A stretch of 64,000 bases of DNA from an uncultured Pelagibacteraceae bacterium. Lineage in GTDB: Bacteria; Pseudomonadota; Alphaproteobacteria; Pelagibacterales; Pelagibacteraceae. The stretch spans positions 17,184 through 81,183 of the forward strand of contig CACKGK010000002.1 of the NCBI GenBank assembly GCA_902599665.1. Reading direction: 5' to 3'. Shown here one piece after another: positions 27,035 through 36,259 of the stretch. The notes under the pieces are model-generated. The model was not told the DNA's origin. It saw only the letters and a list, made by a program, of their open reading frames with translations, and did no database searches. Positions within the stretch are counted from its first letter, which is position 1; each line of letters opens with the position of its first letter. A program made the translations under genes and the position numbers.

Positions 27035-29440
27035 ATGCAAAATCATGCAAAAGTAGTCATCATAGGTGGTGGTGTAGTAGGCTGTTCCATTCTTTATCAT
27101 TTATCAAAGTTTGGTTTAAAAGATTGTATTCTTCTTGAAAGAAATGAACTCACATCTGGATCCTCTTGGCATGCAGCTGGAAATGTACATGTGATTTCAT
27201 CTGATCCAAATATTTCTAGAATGATGGCTTATACAATTGGACTATATAAAGATATTGAAAAAGAATCTGGTCATTCAGTTGGCTTCAAACCAAGTGGGGG
27301 ATTTTATTTGGCTTCAAATGAAGTTTGGGCGGATTATTTAAAAAGAGAGAGGTCTAAAGCAAGATATATGGGTCTTGACCAAGAGTTTGTTTCTTTAGAG
27401 GAAGTAAAAAAGAAAAATCCTTTAATTGATCCATCAAGATACCTTCTAGCATTGTGGGATCCAATTGATGGGGAAGTAGACCCATCAGGTGTGACTTATG
27501 CTTTTGCTAAAGCAGCAAAAGTTCATGGTGGAAAATATTATACACATACAGTTGTAAAAGACACAAAACAAAAAGAGGATGGAACTTGGGATGTGATAAC
27601 TGACAAGGGCAATATAAAAGCAGAAATAGTTATTAACGCTGGCGGTTTATGGGCTAGAGAAGTAGGTCAACTTGCAGGAATTAATCTACCAGTTCAACCA
27701 ATGGAGCATCACTACTTAATCACAGAAGCTATTTCAGAAATTGAAGCAATGGGCGATCAAAGAATTCCTATTGGAACTGATTTTGAAGGTAACATTTATT
27801 TTAGACAAGAAGGAAAGGGAATGCTTCTTGGAACTTATGAACCAAAATCAACACCATGGAAGGTTGAAGGAACACCTATGAATTTTGGTCATGAGTTATT
27901 AGAACCAAAACTAGATAATATTCAAGATAGATTAGCAATAGGTTTTGAAAGAATGCCAGCGTTAGAAAAAGCAGGAATTAAAAATATTGTAAATGGGCCT
28001 TTTACTTTTGGACCTGATGGATCACCATTAATTGGTCCTGTTCCCGGAATGAAAAATTATTGGGTAGCAGTGGGCGTAATGGCTGGTTTTTGTCAAGGAG
28101 GTGGAGTTGGAAAATGTATTGCTGAATGGATAATTGACGGAGAACCATCAATAGACGTTTGGGCAATGGATGTTGCAAGATTTGGAGATTATGCATCACC
28201 TCAATACGGAACAATTAAATCTTCTGAAAATTATGAACGAAGATTTATTATGACATTTCCAAATGAAACTTTACCAAAAGGAAGAAAACAAAAAACAACA
28301 GCTCTTTATGACCGGTTCGTAGATCAGGGTGCAGTTATGGGAGATAGCTTTGGTTTAGAAAATGTTTTGTGGTTTGCAAATGACAAAAAAGATGCATACG
28401 AAGAGCCAACTATAAAAAGATCTAGATCGCATAATTATGTCTCAAAAGAAGTTATTAATGTAAGAGAAAATGTTGGTTTTATTGAGGTTGCTAATTTTTC
28501 AAAGCATCAATTTAAAGGAAAAGATGCAAGAAAATTTTTAGATCATATAATGGCAGGCAAGCTTCCAAATCCTGGAAGAATATCGTTATCTCCAATGTTA
28601 TCCTATAGAGGAAAATTATGTGGCGATCTTACAGTTTCATGCCTTGATGAAAATGAATTTATGGTTTTTGGTTCAGGTGCAGCTCAAGAAATGCACAGAC
28701 GTTGGTTTGAAAATCATTTGGATAAATTTAATGTCGAATATAAAAATAGATCAGATGAATTTCATGGGATATCAATAGCAGGGCCTAATTCAAGAAAAGT
28801 CTTAGAAAAAATAGTTAGAGATGATGTATCTAATGAAAAATTTAAATTTAGAGACTCCAGAAGAATGTTTGTTGGGGGTGTTCCAGCAATTATAAACCGA
28901 ATTTCATTCACGGGTGAACTTGGTTATGAAATATATGTTGCGCCACATTTTCAAATAAAACTTTATGAGGAGTTATTAGATGCTGGAAAAGAATTTGATA
29001 TTAAACCTTTTGGTGGAAGAGCTTTAATGTCTATGAGATTAGAAAAAAATTGGGGTGCATGGACTTTAGATTATCGACCTGATTTTACTGCTAAAGAAGC
29101 TGGATTAGATAATTTTATTAATTGGAATAAAGAATTTATTGGTAAAGAAAAAGCTAAACAAGATAATAGTTCGAATAGATTAGTTCCTTTAATAATTCAA
29201 ACAAACGACATAGATGTCACAAACAATGAAGCAGTAATAAAGGGAGATAATAGTATTGGATATATAACCTCAGGTGGATTTGCTCATTTTGTAAATAAAA
29301 GTGTTGCTTTTTCATATCTAGATCAAAAAAATTTATCATCTGAAGATGGAATACAAGTAGAAATTAATGGTGATTTATTCAATTGTTCAATTATCAAAGA
29401 ACCACTTTATGACCCAAGTGGAGAAAAAATGAGAGGCTAA
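27035..29440 (+). CDS. Dimethylglycine dehydrogenase-like FAD/GcvT protein (paralog 1)
   Basis: GGGVVG, LTSGSSWHAAG, GPFTFGPDG, SFTGELGYE. Confidence 0.9.
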   Translation: MQNHAKVVIIGGGVVGCSILYHLSKFGLKDCILLERNELTSGSSWHAAGNVHVISSDPNISRMMAYTIGLYKDIEKESGHSVGFKPSGGFYLASNEVWADYLKRERSKARYMGLDQEFVSLEEVKKKNPLIDPSRYLLALWDPIDGEVDPSGVTYAFAKAAKVHGGKYYTHTVVKDTKQKEDGTWDVITDKGNIKAEIVINAGGLWAREVGQLAGINLPVQPMEHHYLITEAISEIEAMGDQRIPIGTDFEGNIYFRQEGKGMLLGTYEPKSTPWKVEGTPMNFGHELLEPKLDNIQDRLAIGFERMPALEKAGIKNIVNGPFTFGPDGSPLIGPVPGMKNYWVAVGVMAGFCQGGGVGKCIAEWIIDGEPSIDVWAMDVARFGDYASPQYGTIKSSENYERRFIMTFPNETLPKGRKQKTTALYDRFVDQGAVMGDSFGLENVLWFANDKKDAYEEPTIKRSRSHNYVSKEVINVRENVGFIEVANFSKHQFKGKDARKFLDHIMAGKLPNPGRISLSPMLSYRGKLCGDLTVSCLDENEFMVFGSGAAQEMHRRWFENHLDKFNVEYKNRSDEFHGISIAGPNSRKVLEKIVRDDVSNEKFKFRDSRRMFVGGVPAIINRISFTGELGYEIYVAPHFQIKLYEELLDAGKEFDIKPFGGRALMSMRLEKNWGAWTLDYRPDFTAKEAGLDNFINWNKEFIGKEKAKQDNSSNRLVPLIIQTNDIDVTNNEAVIKGDNSIGYITSGGFAHFVNKSVAFSYLDQKNLSSEDGIQVEINGDLFNCSIIKEPLYDPSGEKMRG

Positions 29441-30069
29441 TGGCCCAAAAAGATGTAGGAAATAAAGTTCCAATTTACAAACTAAAAGAAACAAAAGAGG
29501 TGATGGATTTCTATGACGAATGGGGTCTGGATAATAAATATGATAAAGATATGTTTGAATGGAATTATACTGGTCCAAAGGAAACAGTAGAAGTTTTCAA
29601 CAAATATCAAAAAGAAAAAGATATTAATATTTATGATGCTGGATGTGGTACCGGATTGGTTGGTGTAGAATTGAAAAAGTATGGTTTCACTAATTTTTTT
29701 GGCGCCGATCTATCCCAAAAACTTTTAGATTTGGTTCCAAATAACCTTTATAAAAAATTAGATAAATTAGATTTAAATAAACCAATAAATGAAAAAGATG
29801 ATCAATATGATGCTTTAATGTGTGTGGGTACATTTACTTTTGGACATGTAAAACCACCTTCCTTAGATGAGTTTATTAGAATTACTAAAAATAAAGGTCT
29901 AATTTGTTTCACTATTAACGAGGGTATATATGAGGAATATGGGTTTGATAAAAAAATTAAACAATTAAAAAATGAAAATAAATGGAGAGAAATAGAGTTT
30001 TTTAAATCTGATTATATTGCTAGTAAAGATGTAAATGCATGGCTTGGTCTATATGAAGTGACAAAATAA
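29440..30069 (+). CDS. Class I SAM-dependent methyltransferase
   Basis: YDAGCGTGLVG, GADLS, CVGTFTFGH. Confidence 0.88.
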   Translation: MAQKDVGNKVPIYKLKETKEVMDFYDEWGLDNKYDKDMFEWNYTGPKETVEVFNKYQKEKDINIYDAGCGTGLVGVELKKYGFTNFFGADLSQKLLDLVPNNLYKKLDKLDLNKPINEKDDQYDALMCVGTFTFGHVKPPSLDEFIRITKNKGLICFTINEGIYEEYGFDKKIKQLKNENKWREIEFFKSDYIASKDVNAWLGLYEVTK

Positions 30070-30070
30070 A

Positions 30071-31246
30071 ATGTCAGCAATTTATAAAATTATAGATAAA
30101 AAAAAATTAGATACAGTTAAGAGTACAATTTCTAAAGCACATGGACTTCCCAACGAATGTTATACAAGTAAAGATTATACTTTAATAGAAAGAGAGAAAA
30201 TATTTGAAAATAAATGGACCGTAATAGGAGTAGCAAGTTCTTTGCCAAATATCGGTGATGTAAAACCATTTAATTTGTTAGGACTGCCTTTATTTTTTGT
30301 AAGGAATAAAAAAAATCAGATAAAAGTTTTTCATAACGTCTGTAGTCATAGAGGAGTAAAGTTAGTAAACAAAAAAGGTAATATTAGAAATGTTATAAGA
30401 TGTCCTTATCATTCATGGTCATACACAACAGATGGAAAGCTAATTGCAACACCTCATATAGGTGGCATGAACCAACATAGTAGCCCAAAATTTAAAAAAG
30501 ATAAAAACAATTTAAAAGAAGTAAGATCATATGTTTGGTTAGATTTAATTTTTATTAATATCAGTAACAACGAAATTCCATTTGAAAAATACATTAAACC
30601 CTTAAGTGATAGGTGGGCTAAATTTTGGAAAATAAAAGATAGAAAGTTAATTAATCATGCAAATGATTTTGGTTATTTTAAATTAAATGCAAAATGTAAC
30701 TGGAAATTTGCTATTGAAAATTACTGTGAAAGTTATCATTTGCCCTGGGTTCACCCAGATCTAAATTCTTATTCAAAAATTGAAGATCACTATCATATTC
30801 AAGGATTGCCAAATCGTTTTGCAGGTCAAGGTACAGTTGTTTATAATCCAAAATTTAAAGGGCAGAAAAAATTTCCTTGCTTTCCCAACTGGCCCAAAGA
30901 AAAAGAAAATATTGCAGAATATGTGGCTTTGTTTCCCAATGTTATGTTAGGTATACATAAAGATCATTTCTACACATATTGGTTAGAACCTATTAGTCAA
31001 AAAAAAACTTTAGAGCATATGGAAATATATTATGTAGGTGAAAAAGCCTCAAAATCATTAGAATTTAAATCATTAAGAAAACAAAATCATAAATTGTGGG
31101 AAGATATTCAAAAAGAAGATTTAGGTATAATTGAAAGAATGCAATTAGGCCGCAACTCACATGCATATAATGGTGGAAATTTTTCTCCTGATATGGATAA
31201 TCCAACACATCAATTTCACAAGTGGGTAGCAACTCATATTGTGTAG
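30071..31246 (+). CDS. Rieske non-heme iron oxygenase alpha subunit (choline monooxygenase/betaine demethylase-like)
   Basis: CSH...CPYH Rieske ligands; ENYCESYHLPWVH and distal ED iron ligands. Confidence 0.9.
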   Translation: MSAIYKIIDKKKLDTVKSTISKAHGLPNECYTSKDYTLIEREKIFENKWTVIGVASSLPNIGDVKPFNLLGLPLFFVRNKKNQIKVFHNVCSHRGVKLVNKKGNIRNVIRCPYHSWSYTTDGKLIATPHIGGMNQHSSPKFKKDKNNLKEVRSYVWLDLIFINISNNEIPFEKYIKPLSDRWAKFWKIKDRKLINHANDFGYFKLNAKCNWKFAIENYCESYHLPWVHPDLNSYSKIEDHYHIQGLPNRFAGQGTVVYNPKFKGQKKFPCFPNWPKEKENIAEYVALFPNVMLGIHKDHFYTYWLEPISQKKTLEHMEIYYVGEKASKSLEFKSLRKQNHKLWEDIQKEDLGIIERMQLGRNSHAYNGGNFSPDMDNPTHQFHKWVATHIV

Positions 31247-31260
31247 AAAATGCGAAATAT

Positions 31261-31701
31261 ATGTACAGACCTTTACCAGATGAATTAACAATAAAAAGTT
31301 CACCAATTGAAGGTTTGGGATTATTCGCAACCAAAGAAATTAAAGCTAATACTTTTATTGGCATTACTCACATAAGAGATGAGCAGTTTGAAAATAAATA
31401 TATAAGAACTCCATTAGGTGGTTTTTATAATCATTCCGATAATCCTACAGTTCAAAGAATGGTATCTAATGTTTTGCCTACATTAAAATTTGGTGATCCA
31501 ATTGATCCTACCGCAAAAGCAAAGAAGTTTAATGAAAATGATAATAACTTAGAAAACATGTATTATAATTTAAGAGAGAAACCAGACGCAAAATATTTTT
31601 TTATGGTTTCAATAAAAGATTTGAAACCTGGAGATGAACTTTGTGCAAATTATAATTTATACACCTATCCAAAGACAGGAGTTGGTGTACAGATGTTATA
31701 G
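31261..31701 (+). CDS. Stand-alone SET-domain protein
   Basis: GLGLFATKEI, FYNHS..P, DLKPGDELCANY; start placed at MYRPLP. Confidence 0.85.
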   Translation: MYRPLPDELTIKSSPIEGLGLFATKEIKANTFIGITHIRDEQFENKYIRTPLGGFYNHSDNPTVQRMVSNVLPTLKFGDPIDPTAKAKKFNENDNNLENMYYNLREKPDAKYFFMVSIKDLKPGDELCANYNLYTYPKTGVGVQML

Positions 31702-31703
31702 GA

Positions 31704-32939
31704 ATGAAGTTTAAAAGAAAAATTCTTTCAGAAACCCAACCAACTAAGAAATACATTTCAAAAAAAAGATTAAGAGAAGATGAAATTGATTTTGATAAAC
31801 TTAGATCTTATAGACTTGACAGAGTAAGAAATGAATTAAAAAAAAATAATATCGAAGCATGCATTTTATTTGATCCAGTAAATGTAAGGTACGCATTAGA
31901 TTCCGTAAATATGAGTGTTTATAATATGCATAATCTTACAAGATATTGTTTTATCCCTGTCGATGGTCCAACAATATTATATGAATATTTTAATTGTGAA
32001 ATATTATCTAGAGGCCTTGATTTAATAGATGAAATAAGACCAGCAATTACTTGGGATTATTTTAGTAACGGTGACCAATCAGAATTACAACTAAAAAAAT
32101 GGGTTAACGAAGTAAATGATTTATCTAATTCTTATTTTAAAAGTAAAAAAATTGCAATCGATGTAATCAATGGTCCAGCCGTAAATGAACTTAATAAAAA
32201 AGACATTCAAGTTTTAGAAGCAAAAAAAATACTTGAACAGGCCAGAGTTATTAAATCATCCGAAGAAATTAAATGCATGCGTGCAGCTTTAGATGTTGCT
32301 GATATTGGAATAATAAAAATGAGAGATTATTTGAAATCAGGAATTACTGAGGATGAGTTATGGTCGATTTTACATAAAACAAACATTGAAAATGGTGGAG
32401 AGTGGATAGAATGTAGAATATTATCTTCAGGCTCTAGAACCAATCCTTGGATGCAAGAAAGTAGTAATAAAATTATACAAGATGGTGAAATAGTGTCTTT
32501 TGATACAGACATGGTTGGCCCATATGGATATTGTGCTGATATTTCAAGAGCATTTGTTTGTGGAAATAAATTCAACGAGCATCAAAAGAAATTATATCAA
32601 ACAGCTGTTGAGCAAATTGACTATAATTCAAGATTAATCAAGGATGGAGTATCATTTAGAGAATTTAGTGAAAAGGCATGGATACTTCCTAAAAAATATT
32701 ATGGAAATAGATACTCTGTTATGCTCCATGGTATAGGCTTATGTGATGAATGGCCTGCGATTAGATATCCAACAGATGGAGGAGAAAGAGGTGGTACATT
32801 TCAAAAAAATATGACAATTACTCTTGAGAGTTATATTGGAGAAGTCGGAGGGAATGAAGGAGTGAAATTAGAGCAGCAATATTTAGTTGGTGAGAATGGA
32901 TTAGAGTTAATGTCTCATCATCCCTTAGAACAAATTTAA
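31704..32939 (+). CDS. M24 metallopeptidase-fold protein, DddP-like (candidate DMSP lyase)
   Basis: LFDPVNVRYA, FDTD...DISR, HGIGLCDEWP, ESYIG, KLEQQ. Confidence 0.75.
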   Translation: MKFKRKILSETQPTKKYISKKRLREDEIDFDKLRSYRLDRVRNELKKNNIEACILFDPVNVRYALDSVNMSVYNMHNLTRYCFIPVDGPTILYEYFNCEILSRGLDLIDEIRPAITWDYFSNGDQSELQLKKWVNEVNDLSNSYFKSKKIAIDVINGPAVNELNKKDIQVLEAKKILEQARVIKSSEEIKCMRAALDVADIGIIKMRDYLKSGITEDELWSILHKTNIENGGEWIECRILSSGSRTNPWMQESSNKIIQDGEIVSFDTDMVGPYGYCADISRAFVCGNKFNEHQKKLYQTAVEQIDYNSRLIKDGVSFREFSEKAWILPKKYYGNRYSVMLHGIGLCDEWPAIRYPTDGGERGGTFQKNMTITLESYIGEVGGNEGVKLEQQYLVGENGLELMSHHPLEQI

Positions 32940-33346
32940 TGAAAATAATTTTAATTATGGGTTTGCCTGGAGCTGGCAAGACAACATTGGCAGAAGAACT
33001 TGCTCCAAAACTTAAGGCAAAAAGATTAAATGCTGACGAAGTTAGAAAAGAAGCAAATGATTGGGATTTTTCTGAAGAGGGTAGAAAAAGACAAGCTAAA
33101 AGAATGGCAGACTTTGCTTTAAAGCTTAAAAATCAAGGAAATTATGTTGTAGCAGATTTTATTTGCCCAACACCAGAGGCAAGAAAATTATTCCCTGCAG
33201 ATTTTGTTATTTGGGTAGATACGATTAAAGAGGGAAGGTTTGACGATACTAATCAAATGTTTGTTAAACCTGAAAAATATGATTTTCATGTAACCACTCA
33301 AGATGCTAAGGTTTGGGCAGATAAAATAATTAAGGAGATATCATAA
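32939..33346 (+). CDS. Short adenylyl-sulfate kinase-like P-loop kinase
   Basis: MGLPGAGKTT, NADEVR, DFSEEGR, DFICP. Confidence 0.8.
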   Translation: MKIILIMGLPGAGKTTLAEELAPKLKAKRLNADEVRKEANDWDFSEEGRKRQAKRMADFALKLKNQGNYVVADFICPTPEARKLFPADFVIWVDTIKEGRFDDTNQMFVKPEKYDFHVTTQDAKVWADKIIKEIS

Positions 33347-33720
33347 TGAGTTATGAATGGGATAATAAAAAACCAACAGCACAAATGCTCGGAAGATGGC
33401 AACCATTTCATGAAGGTCACTATACTTTATTTAAAGAGATCATCAAAAAAACTGGTCAAGTCTGTATTCAAATAAGAGATGTACAAGGGGTAGATGACAA
33501 TCCATTCGACTTTGAAACAGTAAAAAAAAATATTGAAAATAAATTAAATCCTGAATTTGAGGGAAGATTTAAAATAATGATGGTGCCAAATATTACAAAT
33601 ATTTGTTATGGGAGAGGAGTTGGTTACAAAATTGAGGAGATAGTATTATCTGAAGAGATACAAAAAATTTCTGCTACAAAAATTAGAGCTAAAATGCGTG
33701 AAGATGGTGAGTTAAAATAA
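33346..33720 (+). CDS. HxGH nucleotidyltransferase (cytidyltransferase-like)
   Basis: GRWQPFHEGH and ISATKIR motifs. Confidence 0.85.
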   Translation: MSYEWDNKKPTAQMLGRWQPFHEGHYTLFKEIIKKTGQVCIQIRDVQGVDDNPFDFETVKKNIENKLNPEFEGRFKIMMVPNITNICYGRGVGYKIEEIVLSEEIQKISATKIRAKMREDGELK

Positions 33721-33727
33721 CTTCAAT

Positions 33728-34501
33728 ATGAATGTAAAAACAAGAAAATTAGAAAACGGAATTACAAATGTAATAATAAATGATCCTAAAACTTATAATT
33801 CACTGTCATTTAAAACTTTAAGAGATCTTTTGAATACTTTTACTCGATTGGATAAGGATGATGATACAAGAGTAATAATATTAGAGGGTTCTGGCAAAGG
33901 TTTTAGCGCTGGTCATAATCTTAAAGAAGTAGGTGGAATGAAAAACAGGTCAAATCACCTTAAATTATTTAATCTTTGTTCAAAATTAATGATCAAAATT
34001 GTTGAGGGAAAGAAACCAGTTATTGCAAAAGTGCACGGTGCAGCTTATGCGGCTGGATGCCAGTTAGCTGCAAGTTGTGACCTTGCATACAGCACAACAA
34101 CAGCTACATTTGCAACACCTGGTGTAAATATTGGATTGTTTTGTAGTACGCCAATGGTTGCTGTTAGTAGAAAGGTAACTAGAAAAATTATGATGAAGAT
34201 GCTTTTAACTGGAGAGCCAATAAATGCTAAATATGCGAAAGATATTGGTTTAATCAATGATTGTTATTCAAGTAAAAAACTTAATTCAGAAGTTTTAAAA
34301 ATTGCCAAAACCATTTCTTCAAAATCAAATTTAACAATTAAAATTGGTAAGCAAGCTTTCTATAAACAATTAGAAATGCCATTAGGAGATGCATACAAAT
34401 TTACAAGTAAAATGATGGCTTTAAATATGGCTTCACAAGATGCAAAAGAAGGAATATCAGCTTTCTTACAAAAAAGAAAACCTAACTGGAAAAATAAATA
34501 A
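33728..34501 (+). CDS. Enoyl-CoA hydratase/isomerase family
   Basis: FSAGHNL, AAGCQLAASCD, FATPGVNIGLFCSTP. Confidence 0.9.
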   Translation: MNVKTRKLENGITNVIINDPKTYNSLSFKTLRDLLNTFTRLDKDDDTRVIILEGSGKGFSAGHNLKEVGGMKNRSNHLKLFNLCSKLMIKIVEGKKPVIAKVHGAAYAAGCQLAASCDLAYSTTTATFATPGVNIGLFCSTPMVAVSRKVTRKIMMKMLLTGEPINAKYAKDIGLINDCYSSKKLNSEVLKIAKTISSKSNLTIKIGKQAFYKQLEMPLGDAYKFTSKMMALNMASQDAKEGISAFLQKRKPNWKNK

Positions 34502-34522
34502 TAATTATTTTAAAATTAAATT

Positions 34523-34990
34523 ATGAAAGACGATCAAATTAAATCCATTTTAAGAAAATCAAAAGTCATTGCAATGATTGGAGTTAGTTCTGAGAAAAAA
34601 GGGGAAGATAAAAAAAATCTTAAAAGAAAACCAGCAAATGTAGTCATGAAGTATATGCAAAACTTTGGTTATAAAGTGATACCCATAAACCCTTTTGCAG
34701 TAGGTGAAATTGTAAATGGTGAGCCAATGGTTGAAAGTTTAGATAAAATTAAAGAAGAGATCGATATAGTTGATGTCTTCAGACCTTCAAATGAGGCAGA
34801 GGGCATTGCAAAAGAGGCAATACAAAAAGGAACTAAAGTATTGTGGTTACAATATGGAATTCATAGTGATGAAGCTCAAGCAATTGCAGAAAATGAAAAA
34901 ATTGAGTTCATTTCTAACAGATGCATAAAACAGGAATATCAAAAACTTTTTCAAAAATCAAATCCAGTTTTTCCAGTTCTTAAAGACTAA
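34523..34990 (+). CDS. CoA-binding protein (YccU-like)
   Basis: IGVS, YKVIPINP, DIVDVFRP, LWLQYG, NRCIK. Confidence 0.9.
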   Translation: MKDDQIKSILRKSKVIAMIGVSSEKKGEDKKNLKRKPANVVMKYMQNFGYKVIPINPFAVGEIVNGEPMVESLDKIKEEIDIVDVFRPSNEAEGIAKEAIQKGTKVLWLQYGIHSDEAQAIAENEKIEFISNRCIKQEYQKLFQKSNPVFPVLKD

Positions 34991-35559
34991 TGAAAAAAGT
35001 ATTTTTGGTTTATGGCCATTATAATGAAAAATCTTTCAATTCTGCAATCAAAAATGTTTTTATTAAATCAGCAGAGGAAAAAGGACATTCAGTAGAATGT
35101 ATAGACTTATATAAAGAAAAGTTTAACCCAGTATATGCTGGAGAAAAAGCTGATGAGGTAGTTTTAGACCACAGAAAAAAAATAGATGAAACTGATTTAA
35201 TTGTCCTTGTCGCACCTATTTGGAACTATAGAATGCCAGCAATATTAGAGGGTTGGATAGATAAAGTATTAGCACCACCTTGGGCTTTTTCTTTTAAGAA
35301 ACTTATCGGAAATCACGGTTACGCTGTAGGAAAACTAAAAAGTAAAAAAGCTATTATTTTCTGCACATATGGTTCTCCAAGATTTTCAATCACAGATTTT
35401 TTTTTAAATTTACCACTTAGAAGAATTAAAAAAGGTATTTTTAATAAGTGTGGTATTTATGACATTACCTATAAACGATATTTTGCTGTACCATTTGTTT
35501 CAAATGAAAAAAGAATTGAATTTTTGGAAGATGTTAAAAATACAGCCAGCAATTTATAG
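34990..35559 (+). CDS. Flavodoxin-fold NAD(P)H dehydrogenase (quinone)
   Basis: H...SFN, DLY...FNP, PIWNYRMPAILEGWIDKV. Confidence 0.88.
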   Translation: MKKVFLVYGHYNEKSFNSAIKNVFIKSAEEKGHSVECIDLYKEKFNPVYAGEKADEVVLDHRKKIDETDLIVLVAPIWNYRMPAILEGWIDKVLAPPWAFSFKKLIGNHGYAVGKLKSKKAIIFCTYGSPRFSITDFFLNLPLRRIKKGIFNKCGIYDITYKRYFAVPFVSNEKRIEFLEDVKNTASNL

Positions 35560-36004
35560 TATCTTTTTTCTATTAATTTTTTCTTTAAATGAATTATCTG
35601 CCGAGATAAGAAAACCAAATCCAGAGATAAAGCCAAGAGAAGTTATTGAGATACAACTCAATGCTTTAATGAATAACGATAGTCCTGAAAAAGATAGTGG
35701 TATAATTCAAACCTGGTTTTTTGCTCATCCAAACAATCAAAGAGTTACAGGACCCATTGAAAGATTTAAAAATATGATCAAGACTGATTCTTATTCAATG
35801 CTATTAAATCATGAAAATTATGAAATTGTAGAAGTTTATAAATCAAAAGGTGTTTCCACATTTGAAGTGACCATAATGGATAAAGATAAAAAATATTACA
35901 AATTCAAATGGCAAGTTGAAAAATACGAAGTTGATGGATTTTTAAAAAATTGTTGGCTCACTACTGCAGTATCTCAACCAATACCAATGGGCTCTTCTAT
36001 TTAA
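35531..36004 (+). CDS. Exported hypothetical protein (DUF4864-like)
   Basis: Signal-like N-terminus; VIEIQLNAL..ND, FAHP.N...TGP..RF..M, CWLT; start placed at MLKIQ. Confidence 0.6.
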   Translation: MLKIQPAIYSIFFLLIFSLNELSAEIRKPNPEIKPREVIEIQLNALMNNDSPEKDSGIIQTWFFAHPNNQRVTGPIERFKNMIKTDSYSMLLNHENYEIVEVYKSKGVSTFEVTIMDKDKKYYKFKWQVEKYEVDGFLKNCWLTTAVSQPIPMGSSI

Positions 36005-36219
36005 TGAAAAAACCAAGTTTTCCAGTACGAATTGCAATACTTATGGCAATACTTTGCATCCCACCAATTGGTGCCACTCAAATAGGGTGGTATTATTTTG
36101 GGCAGGAGATGGGAGTAAATTTTGGCATGGCCGCAGGAGTTTTTAGTGTCATAACTGCTGCATATTTAATGTACCAAATGGGCTGGAGAGATGACGATGA
36201 CGACGATTATCACTATTAG
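36004..36219 (+). CDS. Small two-TM membrane protein with acidic tail
   Basis: TAATG coupling at 36004; two hydrophobic segments; ends WRDDDDDDYHY. Confidence 0.65.
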   Translation: MKKPSFPVRIAILMAILCIPPIGATQIGWYYFGQEMGVNFGMAAGVFSVITAAYLMYQMGWRDDDDDDYHY

Positions 36220-36259
36220 AATTATGTTTAGTTTATAGAAAAAATTTAGTAAAAATCGC

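Noticed and set aside
31261-33720. Prophage or mobile island around the SET, kinase and nucleotidyltransferase genes
   Set aside because: No integrase, structural genes, att-like repeats or tRNA; the genes are embedded in a tightly coupled host operon.
36190-36207. GAT/GAC trinucleotide run as a contingency repeat
   Set aside because: Mixed synonymous codons encoding poly-Asp; selection appears to be at the protein level.
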